DNA from: Cirrosporium novae-zelandiae
Lineage: Eukaryota
Assembly (NCBI GenBank): GCA_026023565.1
Contig: JAPETS010000015.1
Span: 124,001 to 188,000, forward strand
Length of the DNA: 64,000 nt
Direction: 5' to 3'
Below are positions 25,838 through 37,977 of this stretch, piece by piece. Both the position numbers and the translations under genes were made by a program. Each line of letters begins with the position of its first letter. The first letter of the stretch is position 1. The notes under the pieces are model-generated. The model saw only the letters and a list, made by a program, of their open reading frames with translations, did no database searches and was not told the DNA's origin.

Positions 25838-28831
25838 TCATGAGAGAAAGGACGCTTTTGAAATATTCCAACCATAATCCAAAAACCCAGCAGCAAGTAC
25901 ACCTCTTAATCCTCGCCATGAAGATTCTTTCCCTACCACAATAAAGTCTGGCTGACCACCACCAGTCAGAGTAGGGAGGAGACGAGTTGCATGCCTGAGA
26001 CCACTCTCATCGTACCCCCAGACCATCACTTGAATTCGTTCATTCTGCAATGGCTGCAAGAATACAGCACCAAGGCCCTCCTCGAATTCATACGTTCGTT
26101 GTATTCCATCCCGATCTCTAAGCACTAGCCCAGATGCTGCTTCGATGAAAATGGGGTATGTTGGGTGAAGAGCTGCTGGCATATTAAGACCTACTGCAAG
26201 ACTAATCACGTTCCCAGGTCCCTCGTGAGGTAAAAGTCCCTTTGAGATACTGGTATCTGCACCGAAATACTGAAATAGATTATTTGCGACTTGCAAGGCA
26301 AACTCTTCTAATTCATCGCCATACGTGACCACCTCGAATCGGCCTTGAGATCGAAGTAGTCCATCAAGAGGACCAAGCTGGCGGCCATATCTCTCCTCAA
26401 TGCTTTGCCAACTATTGGTCCCAGATGCCTATTGTCCATTAGGATCTATTCGATATCGTTATAAATTGCTGTCAGATCACTACATACTATCCAAGAACCG
26501 CTTTGGGATTTGATGAACCAGAGTAGCGATCCGTTCGTTGCGCAGGGTAATAAAGTTTCCGACATCTTGTCTAACTTCAGAAAAGACGGTACTGGCCAAG
26601 TACCGTCCAGGCAGGAAAAATGAAATCGATGAACGTTAGTCGTCCTAAGAACCCATATGTCCTTTAATGCGCTGCCCTCAACCTTGATTTGACCTTGCTG
26701 GTCGGGAGATTCTAGCTGGTCGACTACAATTCCTCCGCGGGAAACCATGGCACTTGGAGGGATAATAATAGAGAAACTTGACGGAAGATTGGGAAGAGCA
26801 GGGTATTTCAGATGCTTCTTATAGAACGCACGCAAGGGAGGTGTCGTCATAACACCTTCAAACCAATGGCCTGCAGCAGGAAGCTCTATATACTCGGTTG
26901 GCCAGCCAGCCTCGAGACTTAGCTGATGTAAACGTCGCGAGTGATATGGAGGCACGTTGTCATCTGCACCTCCATGCTGTTGCATGATTGGTATGCTTGC
27001 AAAGTTTTTTAGGAGAAGTTGGTGTCTATAACTACTCCTTGATGTCCAAATGACCATCGAAAGAAGTGGTTCGACCTCATTCCAATACGTATAAGGCACA
27101 TAGGCTAGCAACGGATAAGCTATTATCGGCCTCATCACCAAAGGGCTTACCTTCGATAGACATATATCCAGACGCTGGAGCGGCCGCAATTATGGAGTCA
27201 GGATAGTGCGTCAAGGCATACCAAACTCCTTGACCTAGAGAAAATAAACTTAACATATGTTTTCATAGAACGCACATAACTCACCTCCGTTCGAATGACC
27301 GGTAACAAGCCACTTCTTGGTATCAACTCCTGGTCCCTTCCATTCGACCGCTCGTATCCACTGGGGGATGGCTTCAATCGCAGCTTCCACATCAGCAAAA
27401 CCCCATATATCTACATATCAATCAGCCTTTGTAGTAGTATATCCTGACATTGCCACGTACGCCAATCATCACCACTCCAAGATGTCACGCCAGCTGGAAA
27501 CAAAACCCACGCGCAAAGGTCAGGCACTGGATCAAATGTGTGTATCAATTGCTCCGAATCCGCATCTAGACCTGCACCATGAAGATTGAGAAGAACAGCA
27601 AGCTTCCTGGTAGATACACTACATTCCAAATCAGGGAAGGGAGCACGAAGAATAGCATAAGAGACAACTCCCCCAGGGTGCAGAAAGGTAATTTTGTGAG
27701 GGTCACGGAACGAAACCTTCTTTAAAGGTCCTAGAGTGACAATTATAAAAAACCTATCATCTAGACCCTCTATCCTATAGGTAATCTCGAGAGAAAGATT
27801 ATGATTAGTGGCTGAGTGCAAAGAAATACGAAACGCTAAAGGACGGGATTGACTTGGTGCCAAGCTGAAATCGTCTTTTGATAGCATTCTGATGTCGACA
27901 TTATCCTCGATGAAAAAATTAGCAAGAATAGCGCCTTGGGAAGGGATCAAATTCATACATTCAAAGAGTGGATATCTTCAATCCTTATCCACCGAGCATT
28001 CTGGCTTCGGACGGTAAGAGACGCCAAATCACTGGCGAGCTTACCTTCCACCACATCTGGTACGAGGATACTTTCCTTAACAGCAAGAAGGGCATCAGTG
28101 GCAACCATTACCTCTATTTTAGTTTCAATGGTGGGTAGTCCAACACCTCCCATAGACCGAACATCCCGAACGAGTCGAATATCGAGACGATGATGACCAG
28201 GACTGAGTTGTAGAACTACAGGAACCTTATGAAAGCCATAGAGATCTCCTCCAAAAAAATGATGTTCGTCTACCCAGAACTCCATGACATGATCTAAATA
28301 GAAAATAATGGATTGAGTATGGGCCGACAAGACCGTAAAGCTACCCCGGGCCCAGGATTGATACTGAAAAGCTGCCCATCCATAAATATCCTGTTGCGAA
28401 GACCAGTCCACATCCGGAAAGTATACCTTCAGGACAGTTTGACAACTTCCATGGTTCTGAACAACAGGGACTTCTGTTACAGACCACTTGATGGTACCAT
28501 TGGGGCTGAGCGAACTAGGAAAGACGGATTCTGAGCTATATTTCAAATTATTAAATCCACCAAAATATTCTAGCGGATCAGCACCCCATATAATTTCTGG
28601 TTCATGTCAGCAGCACTCGACTGCTTTTTCAATAGAGTCATCACCTCGCGTGCCTAATTGCATGGGGCCAAGGACATCCCAATGTGAAGCAATTTGTACT
28701 GTTGAGCTTTGCTGCAATGAAGGCTGAGGGTCCTGTTTGATGAAAAAACCGAAACCCTCGCAACATGGGAGAATTAATATGCCGCTAGCGAGCCATAACT
28801 GGCTGATGTTCCAGATAACGTGTAGGCGCAT
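25838..28831 (-). CDS. Secreted alpha/beta-hydrolase (peptidase S9-like catalytic domain)
   Basis: Multi-exon model joining several ORF-track pieces. Hydrophobic N-terminus; LGTR|EIIWGADPLEY; oxyanion-region LLNLHGAG; WSGDDW|HIWG; nucleophile elbow WLVTGHSNG|GQG; QHGGADDNVP (Asp) and GHWFEG (His). Confidence 0.82.
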
Positions 28832-29544
28832 TTCGTGTAGCTACAATGGACCTGACGCTTTCCACAAGGGTTTATTTTATCATGGTAAACGGTTAGAAAG
28901 TATAAAGTGAGAGGAACAGTACTGTAATTAGACAACTAGTGAGGCTGTAGCAACTTAACAGAGTCAATTTGCGATATCGCCGTTGAGATGGGATTTGTAC
29001 GCTAGATGCGGATCGTGATTGCTACTAGGCATATCATTGGTTATATTTAAATATCCAATTGCCTCTAATTCACCTAATGGCATAATTGAGACCAATCACT
29101 TCCTGTACATAATTCTTGCCAGTTTCGAGTTTCCCATCAAAGGACCCACGTAACCGACTAACTACCTAATTAACTCTCTCTTTCTCTCGTTCATTCTTAC
29201 ATCTATCATTAATATTATTAACTTGGGTATCCAGAGGAGCATGACTTCTTGTCGGCACTGAAATGGCTCTTTGCTTATTCGCGCCACCACTCAAAGAAGC
29301 TTCCGTCTCAGTCCCAGTCCTATCTAAACTGCCAACTCCGTTCCTCGTATAGATGACCTGGAATCCTGAGCTACGACTAAAACGATCCATCCCTAATGCC
29401 ATCAAAGTCTTACCAAAAGATTGAACACGTTTGCTGTTGAAGCAGCTCTTTGTTGGAGCAAGCCCTTCCTTAAATTTATTACCATCCTCCTTTCCAAGTC
29501 TTTGGATTTTTCCATCGGCCTCGAGGCCATTCGCTTCTCCGATT

Positions 29545-31273
29545 ATGACTACTACTCATACCGGCACCCAGTCTCAGTCAACGACATCGCATGCGCTCAA
29601 TCGACCTTCTCTATACAAAATTCATAGCGACTCGTCCGACTCGCCCTCAAATTTCAAGTTTCCTGATTTTCAAGATGACGTTTCCAGATCAGACTCAGAC
29701 AGCTTGCCTACTTCTCAAGGAACAAGTGCCGTAGAACAACATTACCTTGGTGACGATTTGTGGCAAGCTAGAAAAGATAATCATACAAGGAGAAGCATTA
29801 GTTCGATTCGTGGATCTGGTGGTAGACATACCCGGCAGAGTCTTAGTGATGCATTCAATACTATACGGGCAAGAAGGGGGAGCATCAGCGCCAATGCTCA
29901 TGAAATCGCCGATGCTTTAAAAGCTCCTATATCTATTAAACTCATAGTATGTGACTCTATGCACACCACAATCCGTTGTATTTATATGAGCGCTGATACA
30001 TTTTCAGCTCCTTTGTGTGGTTTGGTACACAAGCTCTGCTTTGACCAACACATCGTCCAAATCGATACTTAATGCCTTTCCAAAACCCATTACATTAACA
30101 TTTGTACAATTTGGCTTTGTAGCAACATGGTGCCTCATTTTTTCTGCTCTGGGTAAACACTACTCGGTCGTCCGAACAGCAATCCCGGCTTTGAAACATG
30201 GGATCAGATATCCTAACCGAGAAGTGATTGCGACAACAATTCCACTGGCTTTTTTTCAGTTAGGGGGCCATGTTTTGAGCTCAACTGCAACTTCAAAAAT
30301 ACCAGTCTCACTGGTGCACACAATCAAAGGACTCTCCCCGCTATTTACTGTTTTGGCATACCGTTTCGTATATCGAATCCACTACGGGAAGGCTACATAT
30401 CTCTCCCTGATACCATTGACCATTGGTGTCATGCTAGCTTGCTCTAGCACCGCTTTTAAAGGTGACTTCTTTGGCGTCATGTGTGCGTTTTTTGCTGCCT
30501 TGGTCTTCGTTAGTCAGAATATCTTCTCGAAAACGCTGTTCAACAAAGCTGCCCAAGCTGAGGCTGACGGTTATGGTACGCGTTCTGGCGCACTTGATAA
30601 ACTGAACCTTCTCTTCTACTCTTCTGGGTTGGCCTTTGTCTTGACAACACCACTTTGGCTTTTCACGGAAGGGTTCCCTCTCCTTGGCGACCTATTTCAT
30701 GATGGCTCTATTGATCTCTCAACAAATAAAGACGCTCTTGATCACGGTCACCTTACTGTTGAATTTCTTTTTAACGGTATCTTCCACTTCGGTCAGAACA
30801 TTATGGCATTTATCCTTCTTTCCAAGGTCTCTCCAGTCACATACTCTGTGGCCTCCCTCATCAAACGTGTTTTTGTTATAGTTGTTGCCATCATTTGGTT
30901 CCGTAGCAGCACTACATCCATCCAAGCTTTCGGAATTGCTCTCACATTCGTCGGTCTTTACCTCTACGACCGAGCCAACGATGCAGAGAAAGCCGAACGT
31001 CACGTCAAGCTGGCTACCAAATTGCCATCTAAAGTAGATGAACCCCTTCTTCCGCTCGCCAATGGACGTACTTCCCGCAGAGAGACCCGAACCGACTCTC
31101 CGCCTATGATTGGCGAAAAGAAAAGTGATGATCCTCCAAATTCAATAGGTAGAGTGCATACAGGCCATAATGAACTGGTAAACGGATACGGCTGGTTACC
31201 ACCGGGGACTAAACAAGAGGATACGTGGATACCAACAGACATAAGGAATGACCATAGAGTTTCTGTTTCGTAG
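29545..31273 (+). CDS. SLY41: Triose-phosphate/nucleotide-sugar transporter family protein, Sly41-like
   Basis: Exon 29545-29946, intron 29947-30007. Motifs WYTSSALTNTSSKSIL, VSLVHTIKGLSPLFTV, SQNIFSK, VSPVTYSVASLIKRVFVI. Confidence 0.85.
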
Positions 31274-31997
31274 CAGTTGGGATGTATGTTATTTGTATAA
31301 TAGTTGGACTAGCAGTTATAGAACAGGGGATAAAAGATATTAGATGATGCAATTATTGTTCACTCAAGGCTTTTGGGGTTGTGGTTGCGAATCATCTAAT
31401 ACTAACGCATAATATTATATGGGTGATTTCTTTTGTTGCGACCTGGATAAGATACAGCATATTCATCAACATCTGGCTTGTATTGGTGTGAACTATCTAG
31501 TGGATATACCAATTAATGATAGTTGGGTGTATATAATAGTAAGTGGGTAAGGGAATGTAGCGACCGTCGGTAAGGAGCGAAAACTTCATTAGGATGATGA
31601 AATCCTTCCATCGTTCCAGCTACGGCGCTGTCGAAGAGTCGTAGTCTCGGACATGAGGTAGAGAAAGATCAGACAAAGAAATTGGCAAAAGCCCTGAATC
31701 TTTCTACGTTTAATTATGTCCAAATGAGTATGAAGAGGAAAAGAGAAAAAAAATGAAATGGAAATTTCAAGGGCGGCGTATTTATGTTGGGTGCGAGTGG
31801 TGGGTAAACCTTAATGCGAACCAATGAGGAGCTCGAAAAGCCATGTTAGTAATTACTGTGCATTAGTGGTTGCTATTCTTCTACGGCAGCCAATTTGAAC
31901 ATCAGAGAGGGTCCAACGGCAAACCACCGAGTCGACTTCGGCATCGCTATTTGCTTTGTACATACCTTCAAAATCTCCCCTCTCCTTTTTTCCCGAT

Positions 31998-34555
31998 ATG
32001 CTGCCTCGAATACTCACAAAGTCAGCGGCGCGGACAAGTAGATTAGTTGGATACAATGCATCTAGAACGTTCGCGACAACAGCACGGCGCCCAGCGGAGG
32101 TAGAGCTCACTGTCGGTTAGTAGGCTCAATCCTTGACTTTTCTGTTATTTTAGGAACTGACTGCTGCTACAGATGGAAGAAAAGTCTCGATAGAGGGTTC
32201 GTCCAACCACTGATCTAGAAGGAATTAGAGATACTGAATCCATCGCCACAGCCGGATCTTCCTTGATCCAAGCCTGTGAGAAGGCAGGGGTTACGATACC
32301 CAGGTCTGTCAATTAGGACAATCAATGCGTCTAAATATTGGCTAATATACTGTACAGATACTGCTATCATGAGTGAGACCCCGTATCTTCGCACCCGCAA
32401 TTATACATGACTGACTTCTAGCGCTACAGAAAGTTAATGATTGCCGGAAATTGTACGCCCGGCCCATGCCCCACCAAGCCCAACACCGATTGACATATAT
32501 ACTGTAGGTCGAATGTGCCTCGTCGAAGTCGAACGCGTCCCTAAACCCGTTGCATCATGTGCTTGGCCTGTCCAACCGGGAATGGTGGTCAAAACAGATT
32601 CGGCGCTCACACACAAGGCAAGGGAAGGAATAATGGAATTTTTGCTTGCCAATCACCCTCTTGATTGTCCCATTTGTGATCAAGGAGGAGAGTGTGATCT
32701 CCAGGACCAATCAATGCGTTACGGGGCTGATCGGGGACGGTTCCATGAGATTGGTGGAAAGCGAGCAGTAGAGGACAAGAATATTGGACCACTCATCAAA
32801 ACTTCCATGAACAGATGTATCCATTGCACTCGTTGTATTCGTTTTGCCAACGACATTGCTGGTGCCCCAGAGCTGGGCTCGACTGGACGTGGCAATGATA
32901 TTCAAATCGGTACATACCTCGAGAAGAATCTGGATTCTGAAATGTCAGGAAACGTCATTGATCTTTGCCCTGTTGGTGCCTTGACATCTAAGCCATATGC
33001 TTTCCGAGCAAGACCTTGGGAACTGCAACATTTCGAATCCATTGATGTTCTCGATGGTCTTGGTTCAAATATTCGGGTTGACTCAAGAGGTCTTGAAGTG
33101 ATGCGTATTCTTCCGAGGTTGAATGATGATATCAACGAGGAATGGATCAACGACAAGACTCGATTTGCATGTGATGGATTAAGAACTCAAAGACTTACAA
33201 CTCCCCTCATCCGAAAGGACGGCAAGTTTTTACCTGCGACTTGGGAACAAGCGCTTTCTGAGGTTGGACATGCCTATGAAAAGATTGCACCAAAGGAGAA
33301 TGAATTTAAGTTCATTGCAGGTCAATTAACTGAGGTTGAATCACTAGTCGCTGCAAAAGACTTGGCCAACAAACTTGGTTCTGACAACCTTGCTCTTGAT
33401 CAAGCACAAGGGAGTTCACCCGTTGCTCATGGTGTGGATGTGAGGTCGAACTATCTCTTCAACTCTAAAATCTACGGCGTCGAAGAAGCCGACGCCATCC
33501 TCCTCGTAGGCACAAATCCCCGACATGAGGCAGCAGTTCTCAATGCCCGGATACGAAAGCAATGGCTTCGCTCTGATCTTGAAGTTGGCCTCGTTGGTGA
33601 AACCTTCGATAGCACCTTTGAATTTGAGCACCTAGGAATTGATGCTGCCGCCCTCAAGAAGGCTCTTTCTGGTCCTTTTGGTCAGAAACTCCAATCCGCT
33701 AAACGCCCCATGATTATTGTTGGCAGTGCCGCTGTCGAACATCCTGACGCAAAGTCGATATTTGAAACTGTCGGCAGTTTTGTTGACAAACACGCTTCTA
33801 ACTTTATCACTTCTGAGTGGCAAGGCTACAACGTCCTGCAGCGAGCTGCCTCTCGTGCTGGCGCTTACGAAGTCGGCTTTACCACCCCCTCTCCCCAAGT
33901 CGCTGGAACGCAGCCTAAGATGATCTGGCTTTTGGGCGCCGATGAAATATCTGAAGCTGACATACCTAAAAACGCCTTTGTCATTTATCAAGGCCATCAT
34001 GGCGACAAGGGTGCTCAACTAGCAGATATCATCCTCCCTGGTGCAGCATACACTGAGAAATCCGCCACCTACATTAATACTGAAGGTCGTGTTCAAATGA
34101 CTCGTGCTGCTACCTCCCTTCCTGGTGCTGCCCGTGATGACTGGAAGATTCTTCGGGCCGTCAGTGAGTTCTTAGGACAACCATTACCATATGACGATAT
34201 CGAGGCTTTGAGGGATAGAATGAAGGAGATCAGCCCTGCCCTTAGGCGCTATGATGTAGTTGAACCAACAGCTTTGCCACAGTTAAGTAGAGTGCAATTA
34301 GTTGAACAGAACAAAGGAAGCCGGCCATCAGGACAAGCGTTTAAGAAGCCGATTGAGAATTTCTATTTCACAGATGTGATTTCGAGAAGGTGCGTATTCG
34401 ACTTAATCGCTTTTACCTCAAGATCTACTTACTAACGTACTGAGTTTAGTTCCCCAACGATGGCTCGCTGCTCGGCTGCAAAAGAGACTGGCAACCCAGA
34501 GACCAACTTTATGGCCTCTGGAGAACCGCATGCTCAAGTGGCTTATGGTGCCTAA
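31998..34555 (+). CDS. NDUFS1: NADH:ubiquinone oxidoreductase 75/78 kDa Fe-S subunit, mitochondrial precursor
   Basis: Exons 31998-32115, 32173-32196, 32252-32303, 32358-32372, 32430-32452, 32508-34389, 34450-34555. Arg-rich presequence; IPRYCYHEKLMIAGNCRMC, HPLDCPICDQGGEC, RCIHCTRC, DLCPVGAL. Confidence 0.97.
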
Positions 34556-35154
34556 GAATCCATAATACCTAAATACGATTGTCCTTTTCCCTAGGCGCCG
34601 AACAGTCTTTCCATTTTTGTCTGTCTACCTTTTTTTCTTTGCAGTGTGTACATAAGCCCCGGAACCTAGCGAAAATGAAGAAGACAGAAATGTGTTAAAA
34701 ACATCCCTAGGTGCTTTCCTGTATTACAGTAACTGCGTAAGCCATACTGATCGGTAACGAAGGGGTTTTTTTTTTCAAGGATATGGAGTATCGATTATTA
34801 CTTGGTTATGGTAGAGTTATAGCTCTGGAAACAACCTAATTCCTACCTTTCTAATAGTTCGATCCTCTCAATTTCCCCTTGAACAGGTCCCGAATCCATG
34901 TTAAAAACCCTTCAGATTTTCCAATGCCAGCGTTAAATGAATATCGGTATAGATGAGATGCAAGTCCTTGCTTATCTTCAATTTGCTTAGTGATTCAAAT
35001 GTTCTCTAGGCACCGAAGCAGATTCGGACTTAGGGCTCAGGGGATAGTGTGCTAGGTCATCTTACATTGTGGACAAACACCTTCATACCAGGAGATTGTG
35101 AACAGGTATTTAACTCCATGTATTTCTAGCTTATCTATGTTGACACTAACTTAG

Positions 35155-35720
35155 CAACCCGATCTACATCCCATGTACCTCTTGCTCCCCTATCACGTTT
35201 AGAGTGCCTCAAGCGTCCGCCTTCTACAACACCACAATCTGTCATCGTGCTTGTTTTCAGTTCTCCTGGAAGCTTGCTTCTCCGCCTACTTCAAGAAATC
35301 CAAAACGTGATTATTAAACACCTCCTACTAACGACGCTTCTCACCTTCAGCCAAGTCACTCGTCACCTCTACGCATTAATAAAGTAGGAATATCCAGAGA
35401 CCAGGCCCAAGGATCTTTCGCATCTTAATGTGTGAAAATACCTGCAATTTGTAGAGAAGTGGCTGGAACTTGGTCCTAAGAACGAGGACAGTGAAAATAA
35501 AGCTAGCAGATTGACCTGTTACGGGTGTCTGAGGAATAGGTGTGCCTCCTTTGAGTTTTCAAAGAAACAGCTGGACAAGAATACAGGATCTCCAGAGGCC
35601 AACAGTCGCTGCTGCCGTATTTGTGATATTGGATAGGAGCTTGGCAGTCTCATAGGCTTCCTTGATTTCGGATTAGAAAGTCATCTTGCCAGCTCCATCA
35701 TACATAGATCGCCCTCTTAA
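35155..35720 (+). pseudogene. Decayed F-box protein gene (F-box + Cys-rich region)
   Basis: One frame reads SLLLRLLQEIQNVIIKHL...TFSQVTRHLYALIK*...NV*KYLQFVEKW...LTCYGCLRNR...FSKKQ...RCCRICDIG*. In-frame stops at 35385, 35433 and 35634; an intron-like segment lies at 35106-35154. Confidence 0.7.
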
Positions 35721-36129
35721 GCTTTGAACCTGTTATTAAACTATCCTTTTATATTGACTTGACTAGCTATAATACGATATATCCAGCGGTCTGTCAATTG
35801 TAGTCGGCCAGACCCACTTTCGAGGAGCAAAATATTAACGTTACAGTATCTAAATCCACAAATCCTTAGTCCTATCAAAGAATCAGCTATGAATAGCTAA
35901 TGTTGACAGAGACTGGCTTGGAATCTGAAACAACGGTTCACAAAGTCAAACAAACGATCATAGATCTAATCTTAGATCCAATCTGCAGATCCCCCGATAA
36001 ACATCTCAACTCAAAATTAACGTCACCTCTTTGAACTTCCAGAAATATTTTTGGGCCCAGGCTTATCAACACCAACCTCAAGGGAAACTCAACATCTTAA
36101 TACCTCAACCCCTCAATATCCAATAAAAA

Positions 36130-37977
36130 ATGTTTCAGTTCAACAAGAGTGATACGTCGTCGTCGAAATGTTTCCTGACCACTGGCTCCTTCCCGGCATA
36201 TGTCGACCATAAACAGCCCCCCACAAAGAAGAAACCGTTTTCGACCATCTTGTCGCAACCGTGTAGTCATTCAGTTAGGGACCATCACTCTGTTCCAGCC
36301 ATGGATATGATGTATTAACTAATTATAAAGGCGGAACTTATTCTCCCTAAAGAGCTGTATGATCTTGCGTGGACCCAACTTGAAGACAAAATCGGCCAAT
36401 TGTCATATCGTAAAATCGTCAAGCTCCCACTATCTGCTCTATTAGAAGGGGAATTTTTCAACTCGTTCATCAAAACAGGTAAATATTTTCTTTCGTATTT
36501 TGTGCGCTTGAAAGTAGAAAGAAAATGGTAAACTAAAAAATAAAGCAAAAAATTAATATTGTCATATGCACCATGTTTTATGTTTATTTTATTGTCTATC
36601 TTTATTATGCTAGTTCGCTTCTCTCGCGTTATCTGACGTATCATATCATCAGTATATGCATGCTAATTTATCTATTGCAGGCAATATCTTAATGCTATCC
36701 GAAGGTCGGCCTGGTGTTGATAATGTCTTCTCCTTAATTAATGGTACGTGAGCTATCTCCATTAAATGCATGCGTATGCTACCGTCAAGTATAGCCAAGT
36801 ATAGCCAAGTAGTATGGATTAGTCTGTAAGATACGCTGGATGTTGTCATCACGACCTTCCCTACCACCTTACTACGTCTTATTACTGTTTTGGTAATGGT
36901 GTAAGTGTCACTAATAGGAAAAGCTAACTTCTCTTAAATATAGGCACTCTGCGGCTGAACCTTGACAAGGAAACATACGAACGCGCCGGCCTAGTTGGTA
37001 GGTCCATTCGTGATGGGGGACGCAAGCATGTCAAAGCCAGATACGGTATGGTCTGCCTTCGATCTATTACCGCGTGACCCCTTAATAATGAGACCCGAAT
37101 ACCAGTGGTCGAACTCAATTTACGACAGCCTTCGATGCTGCATGGGAAGAAAGGATTTGAAAGAATAGTATGGGCATTCAAAAATTCTATCACCGAACTA
37201 AAGACGTGGCTATTCTGCGACCTTCAGCAACCTTGGATGTCTGCCGACGGTTGTGGTAATCAACCCACATACCATTTTTCCTTTTAATTTCCTCACTAAT
37301 TCAAGTTACTGGTTCCAGGGTCTCCTGAGAACCTCCCAAAAAACGTTGATTCGGTTCAAGCTACCGCTCAATTAGTAACAACGCACCTCCCATCCATCCG
37401 TTCACCTCCATCATTAGCCTTTCTAGACGGCCCATCCCGCCCAAACGACCTCTCTGAATTCTACACAGAGATTGCCGAGTGGCTTGCATTAGTCTCCATC
37501 GAGTCTCCTCGTCTCCACCAAGGTGATAATATAGACTCCTATCTCTGTCGATATGATGTTCCCGGTGATGTTTCTAAGGCAAGGATCATGGATCTTGTGA
37601 AGGTGACTTGGAGGGGCTTCCTGCCCTCGATATTTGTGATGAGGGTGCTTCTCGGAATGCTGTACGTCTTCTCGAACCTACGTTATGATAGCCCACAGAA
37701 AGAATGTTAAATCCTACCTGACTTACTAACTTTTACTAGAGAGGCATCGAGGACAGCCCGTCCTTCATGTGAACCCCACGCCCACTGGTTCTCTCTAAGC
37801 GTTCACGCATTAGAAAAAGATGCAGTGAACGGAAGAGACGGTTATGTGATACTGAAGCCTCCACCCCTCTCAGAAGTAGATGGTTTGATGGACCTGCTGG
37901 CGAGGGAAACCGGGGTCCCCAGCGTTTTGAACCCAATAGAAAATTTCGTGCTTTGGGACATTGTTAATAACTCCTAA
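36130..37977 (+). CDS. RPP40: Ribonuclease P/MRP protein subunit p40
   Basis: Multi-exon. LSALLEGEFFNSFIKT|GNILMLSEG...|GTLRLNLDKETYERAGLVG...|VVELNLRQPSMLHGKKGFERIVWAFKN...EWLALVSIESPR...D.YL.RY; ends FVLWDIVNNS*. Confidence 0.88.

Noticed and set aside
29431..29544. Open in-frame extensions upstream of SLY41 (also BYR4 41051 and LIN1 53798) from non-ATG starts
   Set aside because: Pyrimidine-rich leaders are often stop-free; no evidence of use.
31594..31697. ATGATGA...CTGA pair resembling a C/D snoRNA
   Set aside because: No terminal stem and only an 8-nt match to 18S followed by a mismatch; far weaker than the SCD6 intron case.
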